Assembly: GCA_002633005.1 (NCBI GenBank)
Contig: NMRA01000455.1
Coordinates: 276,595 to 340,594 of the forward strand
Length of the DNA stretch: 64,000 nt
Reading direction: 5' to 3'
DNA from: Phoronis australis
Taxonomy: Eukaryota > Animalia > Phoronida
A program made the position numbers and the translations under genes. The notes beneath the pieces were generated by a model, which was given only the letters and a program-made list of their open reading frames with translations, did no database searches and was not told where the DNA came from. Positions 51,194 through 63,230 of this stretch are shown piece by piece (position 1 is the stretch's first letter; each line of letters starts with the position of its first letter).

Positions 51194-52365
51194 GTCAGTG
51201 AAAAATAATTGTTCATTTAGACCCCATAAAAGAATACTGACCAGACCCGGTTTTGGCCTATTGAGAATCATTAACAACAACTTATCATCAAGGTTTATAA
51301 AACAAAATATTACCTTTTTCAATCCTCAAAAGTTTGGAGCAGATTTTGAAAACTCCTTACAAAATCCAGTGCTAAAGAAGCAAGCGTGACCTACGCTTCA
51401 GACGTGTTGCGGAAAGAGCAGCCACCAAAAACCGATCCATTCCGTGGCACAGTGAATATGGGGTTCCAGTTGAATTCTGCTTCTATAACTCAAGGGAGAT
51501 GCTACTGGTGCATTAGCAGGAAAAGAGCAAGCATTGGCTGAAATCATCAAAACAGGCTTAGTAACCTTTTGGGAATAGTTGTACCGAAAATACAGACGAG
51601 GGCAAAACTGTCCCTACAATGCATTCCACAAACAATAGCTCGTGTCTGTTATGTGGGAGCTTGGTGTTGCTACTTGTACGATCGCGGCAATAGTCGGATA
51701 CCCGTTTGAGGCCCGTTATTCATTGGAGAAAACTGGTTATCAAAATCCGGGCACGTTATTTCCGACCATTACCCAAATTGCAACTGTTCTATACCGTGTG
51801 TTTCTTATGCCGAGTGCAACAAAAGTCCAATTAATTCTGTCATCCTTTTCGAATTATCACACCAATAATTCTTTACTATAAGATTCACTGCGCATGTTCA
51901 GAGCTATGAACTGCAGACGCCAAATTTTGCCACTTCCTGCCTTCTAGTGGACTCTTGTCTAGTTTTCGGAGTTCTTGCTTCTCTCACTGACGCAGACCTT
52001 TTTCCGTTTCTCCAAATAGGAGGCTCGTTCGAGCACATAAGTATGACAAGTCCAATACAAATTGTTATATTTTTTATTCATTAAGCAGTGAATACGAAGG
52101 ACGTGACCTTACAACTGATCCACATCGATAATTTGAGTGGAGGTGGCAGTCTCAATGACAGATTTGCAAGAACCCATGAAATGAAAAACTTCCAGTGAAC
52201 TTGGTTTTCAGCTGTATGACGTTTTTTAAATTTATGTATTAATCTATTGAACTAATAGTAAACCCAAGGCATGAAGAAATGTTGCCTGAAGAAGCTAGTG
52301 AACATACTATTCATGACAAGCTAATTAGTTCGGGCTTTGGTCACTCAATCATTGAAATGAAAGAA

Positions 52366-52415
52366 CAAATCAGAGGACGATTATGATTTTTAAATCATAA
52401 TCGTCCTCTGATTTG
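52366..52415. repeat. Perfect palindrome, 24-bp arms with 2-nt spacer
   Basis: CAAATCAGAGGACGATTATGATTT-TT-AAATCATAATCGTCCTCTGATTTG. Confidence 0.95.
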
Positions 52416-52629
52416 ATTAAAATCATTTAGGTATTCCACAGTTCAAATCAAAATCAAGTGCTTTCAGTCGGAACTCTATATTTGGTTTCAGTTCATTCAC
52501 AGAGTCTCCATAAGCATTAATTTGTATTTATCGTAATCTATTTTGCCCGGGGTACGCCACGAGCTATGTTGCAGAGTAAAACAAGAGGAGGATTGCGAAT
52601 ATTGTCATTTATTATGACGTAAATAGATA

Positions 52630-52958
52630 TGTAAGGGGTCAAGGGTCGAAAGGAAACAAAAGATGAAGAGAACGAACGTAGGTCTCGTAGACGACGAGGT
52701 AGGTGGCTGAATGAGAGACCACGTTGTTGAACTGAACAAAGGAAATATGGGCGACCAATCAGGAGTCGCGTATAGAAACGTATGAATACAAAAGTAGGCC
52801 CTTGAGGCTATAAATAGAGATGAGTAATGCAAAATAAACCCTAAGGACTAGTATCAAAAGAAAGAGACAGGGTTCAAAATAATGACGATAAATGCATTTA
52901 ACAAGTTAAATTTAATTAATTGCATTTTGTGTTAACGTAAATAAAATGTATTACTACT
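52630..52958 (+). mobile_element. Possible solo LTR
   Basis: Starts TGTAAG; CCAAT 52755, TATAAA 52809, AATAAA 52833 and 52940; no clean CA end or TSD. Confidence 0.35.
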
Positions 52959-52993
52959 TAAAGACTTTCAAGGAAGTTGACATTGATATCTAT

Positions 52994-54082
52994 TGTAGGT
53001 CAGTCAAAACTGAAATAATCTCAGTATAGGAACGCCATGTAAGCCAAAATGATTCAACCTTTTACCATAATAAGTAACTTAGAATGCACAGTACTTTATA
53101 ACATTTAAGCATCACAAACACATGTTTTCATGAAATGAAAGTGGACATGCATGTAACTATTACCATGGTGACCGAATAGTGACTCCTTACACCAGAATTT
53201 GACAGGTATGATTTAAAAAATATGAAGTTGCAAGGAACAAGAATTGGAGGCTTGAAGCTTCACAATCCAACATAGCCTATTTCTCTAATTAAGATGCTTT
53301 ATATTTTTGACTTGATAACCTGAATTAATAAAGCAAAAAGTTACAAAACATGAATTCAAAGCAATTTAGACTGGCAATTTAGAAAAATATGAATAATTTT
53401 GTGACACTTAATCAAGCCTTGAACAGCAGTTGACAGTCAAACAAAAAACCATTTCAAAATTATTTCAACTATTTTTTAGCTTAGAGTAAGATCACGTGAA
53501 TGAGAAATTCACAGTAAAATAATTCGAATATACCTTCCATTTTTTGCACAAAAAACACGAAAATTGAACAAATTTGCTTTTTTGTACCAACGGTTGTCAA
53601 AATGTATCATAGTTAAATCTTAAAAATTACAAAGTAGCCGGTTGAACATGCCTTTTAATTCAGCAAAAGTCGCCATATTGTCGGTGCCGCCAGAAATGAG
53701 ACTAACGGGAATTGTCAGCCCATTTATCATTTAATAAGTAACAACTGCGAGGCTGAAATTGGCGAAAACTGTTGAATCGTGCAGAATAATAAGTAAAGAT
53801 GTGTCTCACTCAATTTCACCGTAAATCGTCGGCGAAAACAATTTACACAGAGTTTTAAACTCGTAACATATCCTCCTGTCGTCCACGATGGCCGACCCTA
53901 TCCAAACAAAGGGACCCAAATTTCGCCACTAAAATTGCAATAAGTTTGCACTGCTTGCCCCGATTTTGATTTTATTTCAGTATTTACTGAGTAGAATGCA
54001 TTATCTTTCCGATGATAACAAAGTACTTTTTCAAAGCGAAAAAAAATTCAAAACGAAAAAAAATAGGTTTGACCGCCCTACA
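52994..54082. mobile_element. Non-autonomous DNA transposon with about 16-bp TIRs
   Basis: TGTAGGTCAGTCAAAAC / GTTTGACCGCCCTACA. Confidence 0.55.
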
Positions 54083-54659
54083 TAACAGGAACTAACCAAT
54101 GCTATTTTAACATAATAAAAAAAGTACGCCTAAAATTCCCAAAAATTAATTACCACTAACTACAAACTATGAATACACTATATATGCAAACAAATTGCGT
54201 GATATTATTAATAAAACAAAATATTGAAGACGGAAATAACAGATTACAGCCGGTAATTATCTGCTCACAGAGAAGGGTCAAAAACAGGTAAAAAACCGCT
54301 TTTGGCATGAAAGGCGAAAAGAATATAACGAAAGGGTATTGAAAATAAGACTTTAAAGGTTTTACTAGCATTCAACTTATATGTACACGGATTTACAAAT
54401 CAGCGAAATCGGTGATCCAAATCCCGACGAAATGTGCGCACTCTGCTGAGATAGTAACCGCCCTATTAGGGCCACGGAAAACGACTAATTTGGTTAATCT
54501 GCACACTAGACTATAACTAAAGTTCCTCGTAAGGACAGGAGTTCATGAATCACTATTTTTTAAAATAATTTAGAGGACAGTTTTAATCAAAAAAATTACC
54601 AGGTAATGTTCGTCAAAAAGGAGTAAAGATCAATGGATATGTGAAGAATAGAATTAAGC

Positions 54660-54850
54660 AGTAGGCCTATCAGAAGTTCTTAAAAAACATCCATCGTCAA
54701 AATGTCTTGAACACATGTACAAAGTCTTATTTTCATTAACGTTTACACAAGACATAAGGTTTTCCCCATATCCGATTATGGGGTCCCGTACGCTATGGAA
54801 GCTAACGCCTTTGCATTTTCCTGTGTGGCCAAACACCCGGCCATACAGTA
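54660..54850 (-). mobile_element. Decayed THAP domain (DNA transposon relic)
   Basis: VFG.TGKCKGVSFH...LYMCSRHFDDGCF, with the THAP C-x-x-H-F motif. Confidence 0.6.
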
Positions 54851-56081
54851 ACCGATCAAGATTAGCAGACAACGTACAGTACTTGCCGGAAATAACACAA
54901 GATAATTTGGCCAGGTGACACTATTGAATAATGACGTAACATCTTGTGCGAAACAGCACATAATTATTTTATCCATTGAAAGTATGCGGAGTTGGCGGAC
55001 CGTGCACTACAGCCTATGATGATACTGGACGTATACACGGGAGATCAATCCGAGCGCATGTGAAGAAACGAACTAGAACAAAAATACATGTTTGGTCACT
55101 TATGAATACAGTGCGTTGTTCCGTTTTACTGCGGCAAGTTCTATCTTAAAGTAGTATAAATTTGTGTAATAATAAATGAATGCAATGGTCTCCGGTAGAG
55201 TACTTAGTATGCTAATGCGAACCAACCGTCATAAAACTATGGATCATCAGATATTGTTACGAAGAACAACATAGGCATGCCTGTGTTAGCTCAGATGACT
55301 GTGCCAAGTAGGGATTCAACTAAGTTCACTAAATCTGTTTGATTATTGGTGTCTTTCTTTTATCAAAGATGTAATTTGTTTCTATTATTTCATATTTTTA
55401 TGAGCTCCTCTTTGACTAACGACATTTTTTAAAGACAAAACAAAAAATAAAAACTGAGCCCTGAGTTCCGGGAAAATAAATGAAGACTTTGTCCTTAAAT
55501 TAGAGGCGTTGAATGGAAAAATCCGTATTTATTTTCCATAACTGAGTATTCAATGTATAGTTTACTCTCGATTTGTGTACATTGTGAAAGCCGAAAATTA
55601 GTAATGAAACTAAAACAACATAAGGTCGGACAATCACTGTTTTCAAAAATGCACAAATACTTTAGGAAACTAGTTGGGTCTATATTAGGGACTGTTTCAT
55701 GCAAACGTGCGCTGGGGTCCCTGGACTTAAAGGTGAAAGCAACCGTTTCTAATATCATCTCTAGTGCAAATGTAAATCCCTGGTCATCATGTAGAGACAA
55801 TTTACTTGTTCCCTTAGTGAAAAATAGGAGTGAAGTAAACGACTGATGATTCTGCATTCACTTCCGTTGAGCCAACAGGAATGACCTGCACGGACAGTTT
55901 CACCTACAGAAACGGATGAAGAAGCAACATGCAGAACTTTTGCTGGGCCGTTGGCGCCCCTTTCGTTTCTTACACGCCAGAGTACAGAAAAAAGCATGGG
56001 AACGCACTTCCAAGATAACCAGGGTTTTGTTTTTTCTTTGAACAAAAATCAAAAACGGTTATTTTCCCATTTATTCCGGCA

Positions 56082-56164
56082 TTTATTTATTTATTTATTT
56101 ATTATTGTGATATTTAAAATGAGGGTGGCCTCTTCAGTGATAGCACTGCTTTCCAAGAGGGCCC
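56082..56164 (-). mobile_element. 3' end of an L2/CR1-group LINE or derived SINE
   Basis: Minus strand GGGCCCTCTTGGAAAGCAGTGCTATCACTGAAGAGGCCACCC stem-loop followed by a (TAAA)n tail. Confidence 0.55.
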
Positions 56165-56307
56165 TTGCCCTGATCATTCCTTTTTAGGACTACTTGACTG
56201 CCTTGATTATTTTGAGAGTTGTGGTCCTGCCCCCAGCCCCGTTGTGACTTTCCAAATTTAGTAGTTTTTCTCGTGATAAAATAATACCAAAAACGTTTAT
56301 TTGTCAG

Positions 56308-56513
56308 GTGTATGTGCTGCTAATTGTAGTTTGGAAAATTTTTCAGCTTACGACGGCTATTTTGGTCCAAACGACCCCAGGAACCCGTACAGAGATCTGC
56401 AGGTCCACGTCGTACCGATTTTCGAAATGAAGTTGGCTCTCACATGGTTTCTTATTGTTGTTTTGTTTGGATTAATCATATATATCGTATACTTGATGTA
56501 TGAACTTAGATAA
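56308..56513 (+). CDS. Probable terminal exon with a transmembrane helix, possibly of the Ig gene
   Basis: TTTGTCAG| phase 1; ...LALTWFLIVVLFGLIIYIVYLMYELR*; phase compatible with the 51193 donor. Confidence 0.45.
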
Positions 56514-56769
56514 CATTTGTCTGAAGCACTTCGTTGTATCAAAAGTAAGATTTAACTTCATTTCAACGCCGTAGTCTTTTGTGTTTGAATTTGCACGATG
56601 GAAACTTCGTGATATTATGTGCGGCTTAATGTCAAATACGTGTTTGGTTTGGTGACCAGGTAAAAATCTCAACTCGCCATGTATTTGCCACGCACACATC
56701 CCGTTCCGCGCACGCGCTCAAAAGGCTGCAGAAATTGAGCAGGCAGTGTGCGAATGGGACCGTCCCATA

Positions 56770-57206
56770 CCGTGGTCTTCCGTAGATAAGTCCACCCGAT
56801 GAAACGCCCATGGGCGTTTATTCGGAAAATTTTGCCAAGTACACGCCCATGGCCGTTTATTTTGGTGTAAAAACTTTTGGTGTCAAGTGTCCAGACAGTG
56901 GGACGTTTATTTGGAAATTTTCCCCATTAAAGCCCACACAGCGTCAACTTTTTGTGCAAAATTTAGTTTTGTGGAGCCCTTATAATGTATCAAAACAAAC
57001 AAGGCGTTGGTGAACTATGCATTTCTTAACACAAAAATTAAAAACGCAGTTTTAAGTAAAATTGTGTCAAGTCAAGCAAAACTATGGCTTTCCGTTTACA
57101 CGTCCCCTTTTCCGAATAAGCGCCAGGGCGTTTATTAGGTGTTGCTAAAACGCCTGAAAATTTTCATAAATGCCTATGAGCTTACATGTATCTACAAAAG
57201 AACCGG
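56770..57206. mobile_element. Tc1/mariner-type MITE, copy 2
   Basis: Colinear with 35502-35940; TA flanks; right TIR interrupted by a CATGTA insertion. Confidence 0.8.
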
Positions 57207-57779
57207 TAGGACACAGCGCATTCAAACCTCGCTGTATTTATCCACGATGCTGCAATATGCATTTTTTTGCTACCTTTGGACTCATACAATATTCTTTGTC
57301 GTTGTCGCATTTGCACGTTTTTCTAGGCAGCTTTACTCTATCCGTACTTCCAATGTTAACGAGGTGTTACTGCTCTGCTGAGGGCTGTAACTCGGGAGAA
57401 GGTTGGATAAACTTGACAAATGTCCGGGGATGAGTGACACTGAATTGCTTAAAACTACCATTTACCTCGTTCCGACAAGCGACTTCATTGTCACCATCAT
57501 TAAACCTTCCTTGTAGCATTGCATATCACAACCGCGAGTGTACATGTAGTATCCCGAAAACGAAAAAACAGAAGAAAAACGAACGTTTCTTAGGACTACG
57601 GACACGGTTTTGACGTACAGGGGCGTACACCGGGCCAGTGTGTCACGTTAATACTTGAGTTATCTGTTGTCTCAAGTCTACGTAGTGTGTATCGACCAAT
57701 AAACGCTCATAACTTGATATCGACTAATTGACATGTCGTCATATAGTGTTAATGAGTGTTCTAATTTGACAACTGATCC

Positions 57780-57920
57780 TCTGGTGGGGTGTTTTTGATA
57801 AGAAATGGGTGATTTCAAGAACTTTAAGTTTTTCGCCTTCCTGACATCAGCCAAAGACAAGGACATGCTGAACGAGTGGATAAAGCAAATTCGTCGGATC
57901 GATTTTGAATCGAACAGATT
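57780..57920 (+). mobile_element. Decayed THAP N-terminus
   Basis: V.GC...FKFFAF.TSAKDKDMLNEWIKQIRRIDF. Confidence 0.55.
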
Positions 57921-60023
57921 CCCCTTTCTTGATGACACCTTTTATTTCGGATACTTTTAAACTGATAAAATTGGGAATTATTCCTAGGACATGCGCACCT
58001 CGATGATTTCCGATATGACCTGTGAAATCGTGACCGACATTCTAAAACACGGCCGATGAAAACACGATTTCTTACCTGCGTGACTAAAGAGAGTTCTATT
58101 AATGCGTTATCTGGGACACCCCTGCTGTTCATCATAAAAACCGGAACGGCTTGTTGAATGACTAATACAAGTTGTCTTGCTCGGCTGCTTTTCCCCTTCT
58201 CAACGCGAAGCGAGTTTGCGTAAAACATTGGGCAGAAGATGAAATCAGGCTTTACCGAGCTCACCACGCAAACCCGCTCCACTAAAAGCATGCGTCCTTT
58301 CAGTTCTCAGGCGGATATCTGTCCATTTCGTCAGTTCTTCAACCCAATTTTGCCATTTTCGGTTGCTGCCAACTACAATCTGCGCGTTTCTCACGGAATT
58401 TTGTCTAGCTGGCAGTGCTTTGCTTGCGCTCTGTTAAAAACTATTCAAACGAAATGAAAAGTTCCAAGTCGTTTCATCTCAAAAGCGCTAGACACGACCA
58501 CAGAGATTATATTCTGTCTCAAATTTTGCACGTTTCACGACCAATGGAAAGAAAAGCGAGGTTCCGAAAATGTGTCAGAAAGCAGAATTAATAGTTTTCA
58601 TCCCCAAAAATATCAATTTCCTGCTTTGCATACGAGCCAAGACTGGATTTTACAAATGTGATCCCACGTTACAATCACTCAATAGATTTTTTGCAATTCT
58701 GGGATATTTGAGGGCTTCCTGAAACTGCATCACGATTCTCAGTCGCTGAGCAACAATGAGACAATGCTACAATTGCCGTCATTTTGAAGAAACGTGTATC
58801 TGCAGCCAAACTCGTGGATTTTTTGTATTCAAAAATACAAGAAAACCAGATTCATAGAACGTACCTCTAATACATACATGCACCTCAAAACTGCTGCCAA
58901 ACCTGGCCTACCCAAGACATTAATTTACAGGCACTGTAAATTAACCGGGGTTACAGTCTAGATGTACAGTGCCACCTAGACCCTGGCCGGTGAAGTCAAT
59001 CGTTAAGGCCACAGGCAGCGCCATCTTTAATCATTCCGTTCATTTTGGGAGTGAGGCTAGAACCAAGTTAAAGACACAGGTCCGTTAGGTTTCTTTTACT
59101 TGACGTTTTAACTTTTTTCAGTGAACTGGGTTAAAATATGAATTTATTTCATTTTCAAGACGAGATGTTTTCAAGCGGTTTGAAATGCATGGCTCTTCAA
59201 GTTACTGTTCTTGTCACGTGATGTAATAGAGTTCTTCTAATCGTCGTCGCCTTCCTAAATTTTGTTTAATCGGAATTTTTTTGCACAAAATTAACCCGAA
59301 ATCCTCTGAAAATCACAACTGAAACTAACTTGCCGTGACAAGCAAATAAACGACACTGGTGTGGAGAAATAACGACATGTCATTTCGTCTGAAGGCAGTA
59401 AGTCCTTTCTAATCTGAGAAAGGAACAAAAAGATAACGGCTTTTGAAAACACAATTGGTCTAAATCAAAATTTGAATTTTGACGGAAGGTTTGGGTTTAT
59501 TATCCTAAAGAAGCAATAAAAGCGCACTTCTGTTAAAAATTGCAGCCATGCCGCAGTACAAAGACGCAATTGGTCACGCATTGTACCAGGCATTGGTAAA
59601 AATGGCCTTGAGTCTGAGCAAAGGTTCGGGGCCCAGGTACATGTATTAAGACAAACTCAAACTGCCTTCAACTGATAATTTACATGTACAAGTACAGAAT
59701 AGGTATTCACATTTTTAAAATATTTTTACTACATTTACACACTATTTACATGTAAGTCTGACGTGTAGAAAACAATGCATGGTGTGAAGACAATTGACCT
59801 CCTTTTACAGCGCACTCAGTTGACAAGACCTAGACCTCGTTATGGATACCTCCATAATTGGTAAATTTGACACATTGTTTTGCTGCTTTCACTGATGGAA
59901 TGTATTTCAACCATCCACGGTTTAGAACTCGAATGTTTCATGTGCTTAGAAATTAGAAAAATGTCCTTTTGGTGTTAATGGTAATGACGATGACAGTAAT
60001 AATGACAACAATCATGTGATGAT

Positions 60024-60162
60024 ACTACTACTGCTGCTGCTGTTGCTGCTACTGCTACTGCTACTACTACACTGTACTACTACTACTGCCACTGCCGCTG
60101 CCGCTGCCGCTGCCGCTGCCGCTGCCGCTGCCGCTGCCTCTGCCGCTGCCACTGCCACTACT
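60024..60162. repeat. Compound (CTA)n/(CTG)n/(GCCGCT)n microsatellite
   Basis: Direct reading. Confidence 0.9.
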
Positions 60163-60173
60163 AATAATTGACT

Positions 60174-60508
60174 TAATTATCTCCTTATCTCGAGTTCCCG
60201 ACTTCATTGTCTCTGGATCTTGAGATTCCGACTTAGCATCTCGGGATTTCGAGATCCCGATATTTTAGTCAAGATCACGGGATCCTGAGATTCGGGATCT
60301 CAAAACACTGATATCTCGAGATAATTAAGCCCGGATCTCGAAATAATTAAATTGCGATCACAAGATTATGAAATAATTAACTAGGGATCTCAAGATCTTA
60401 CGATAATTATATCCGGATCTCGAGATCCTGAGATAATTAATTCCGGATCTCAAGTTCCTGATATCCCGAGAAAATTACGCCGGGATCTCGAGTTGCTGAG
60501 GTAATTAA
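60174..60508. repeat. Palindrome-built minisatellite or MITE (GATCTCGAGATC and ATAATTAA units)
   Basis: Many degenerate GGATCTCGAGAT units; ends TTAATTATCTC / GAGGTAATTAA are inverted. Confidence 0.7.
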
Positions 60509-60800
60509 AAAAGAAACGCGCGATCTCATCTGTGGGCCACGTTAGGTGACCTTAAGGCAGTTGAATTAAGAATTCATTTACCAAAATTACACTAACATGT
60601 TTACATTACCTCGATATCGAATAGGTATTACAAAAATAGCTATTATTTCCAAGTAGTTCCATTGAAAAATTCGTCCGTGAGATCCGGAAGCGAACAGGAT
60701 TACAGTGATGTAAACTAATAGACGAATCCTAAGCGACTCTGCGTTTGTTTTGTCGACCCTTCATTGGTGAATAGAAGATCGTGGAACCCTGGAGGTCCAG

Positions 60801-61560
60801 GAGCCCGTTTCATAAAACCTTTTCTGACTTAACAAAGATCGAAATCGGGTTAACACTAAGACCGAAATGTAAAGGACCCGTTTCATGGAATTCCTTAAGA
60901 TTAAAATTAAGACCGAAATCGATCAAGGCTAACACCGAATGTGATCCTGCTAGAGAGTAGGTTTATGATTGGACTTCCAGTAAACCCCCCACAAAATTTA
61001 GCACTTTTATCAATGTAGACCGTTGAGCAACAAATTTCTTTGACATTTTTCGCTATCTAATAGCCCTAAAAATTGAAGATTGTCTGCTTTCGCTCCTAGA
61101 ACCGGCTGTTGCCGTAGAAACAACGCACTGCGACTTACATGCACCGCCGCGTGTCATTGTGTATTGATATTTTAGAGCCATACCAAAGTCTTCTTCAGTA
61201 ACCGTTATCCCATCTGTGTCCACAATGTAAATAATTCACCACTTAGAGTTCTAAGATCAATATTGTACATCCAAACGTATTTTATACCCGCCTTGCTCAG
61301 TTTTGTGTATTCACAACACGTGGCAAACGCGTAGCTTGCAATCTCACCTATGTCAAAAACCGACTTAATTTATGTCTACATGTATGTTAAAACCTAGGTT
61401 AAGGCCAAGGATCAAAAATTCAACTTCGTGAAACGTTCTTTTCTGAATTTTTGTCTTCGGTTTTTACTTAGATGAAATTTCGGTCTTAACGTATACAAAA
61501 TTTGGTCTTTAGTCTTGAGACTTTTAATACTTAAAAGTCAGTTTTCATAAAAAGAGCACC
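60801..61560. mobile_element. PIF/Harbinger-like MITE; related end fragment at about 42880-43014
   Basis: GAGCCCGTTTCATAAAAC / GTTTTCATAAAAAGAGCACC ends; subterminal TAAGACCGAAAT motifs mirrored at both ends. Confidence 0.55.
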
Positions 61561-62173
61561 TTACTAATCCTACAGAAAAAGCATCTATTATGAAATAGTT
61601 TAAATGCCAACGAAATCACAGATACTTACAATACAAAAATAGATTAAAACTAACTAATCCGCATTCTAACACGTCGAACAAAACATGAAAAACCGAAAGT
61701 GTTTTTGTGTACATAAATACCATAAGCACATAAATAAAAAGGAGTTAGAAATACAGTACTGTGCACCTTTCAGAATATTCACTATGGAAAACAGGACAGG
61801 AACTTCTTAGATAATAGAAAGAAACTATACATTGCACAATGATTCAAAAAGAGTTATGAAATCCCATAACCGAAGGAATGTTTTCTTTTGTCTGGCAAGG
61901 CAATAGGAAAGCGAGCACACCCCTCCTCCCCATGTTGCGATCGGTTTCATCTCCATCAACGTCAAGTCCGAGATTGCCAAGGCGTCACTCCCGTTTCGAC
62001 TCCCACGTCTTCTCAAGGTTTTGCCGCAATTTAAGGTCATTACCTTCACGACACATAGGCATTTCATGCTTTATACCCCCTTACGAGTGAGTGTGGCGCT
62101 TGCCCGCCTGCCACACGCTTCCTATACCTATCCATAATGAAGCTCGCGATTTGCCGTTGACATTGTAGCTTAA

Positions 62174-63063
62174 AGGCGAATGCAAACTATTTTCATGTCA
62201 TTTTTAGCAAAAATAAGGTTCGTTGATTATCCCAGACATATTTTCCATTTAATTACAACTTTTCGTAATTTGATTAAGTATTCATCTTCTACTCCGGATG
62301 TGACGTTTTAGGAGGCAACGACTTCGCGCCAATTTCTTTTCCCGTAGTCTGACTATACATGTATGAGCGTTGACGAGTCAGTCATAGATCTACCTTGGTT
62401 GTCATAAGTCGTCGTTTGCTTTTGTTTACGAGTCAGTCAACATGCCACTCTGTTGCTGCCTACCGGGATGTAATCATTATGGCCCAAAGCCTGTACGCAA
62501 CCCTGCTGCGATATTGAGTAGGAGTGAATACAGGCCCCGTTCGCCACCCAGTGAAGAGGACAGTTCGTCGTTCAATGAACAGATCGGTGAGCCAAACTTT
62601 GATAAGTTTACTGTGGACGTGTCTAAAGTATTGGAGCTATTTAGAAGGTGCCAGGTGTGTGGCGAGGGTGTCACGCGGCAGGGTGTAAGCAGTTTGCTTG
62701 CTCAAGTCACTATCAGTGGGAGTGTGTCGCGGACACTCGGGCAAGTGGGACAGTTGTTCCTCTGTCCGTGGGACGGTACGCAGCAACAGTGTGGCATGTT
62801 GACTGACTCGTAAACAAAAGCACACGATGACCGAACTTATCAAAACCACGAGACAGAAAAATGACTGACTCGGCAGCTCTCACAGTCAGACTATACGAAA
62901 AGAAATATGCGGGAAATTCTTGCCTCCCGAAACGTCCCTTACGGAGTAGACAACAAATTGTTAACCAAATTACGAAAAGCTGTAATTAAGGGGAAAATAT
63001 GTCCGGGATAACCAACAAACCTTATTTTTGCTAAAAAAGGTTTGAAAAAGGCTGCCCTCGCCT
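62174..63063. mobile_element. Kolobok-type non-autonomous element with long imperfect TIRs and a transposase remnant
   Basis: TTAA|AGGCG...CGCCT|TTAA; about 290-bp imperfect TIRs; internal MPLCCCLPGC and KFTVDVSKVLELFRRCQVCG..C..GH..W.S. Confidence 0.8.
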
Positions 63064-63230
63064 TTAAACACACCAACTCGGTCACAGTGAAAGCGCTCCA
63101 GTCGCTTTCTTGCGAGATTGTGATTGTATAAATAACGAATAATATTTGGATAGCCAAAACTTCAAAGTTTGTCTTTTGACTTTACAAGATTTATAGACGG
63201 CTCAGAATGTGAGTTTGTCCTGATCACGTT

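Noticed and set aside
60174-60508. CRISPR-like array
   Set aside because: Eukaryotic context, irregular units, no unique spacers, no cas genes.
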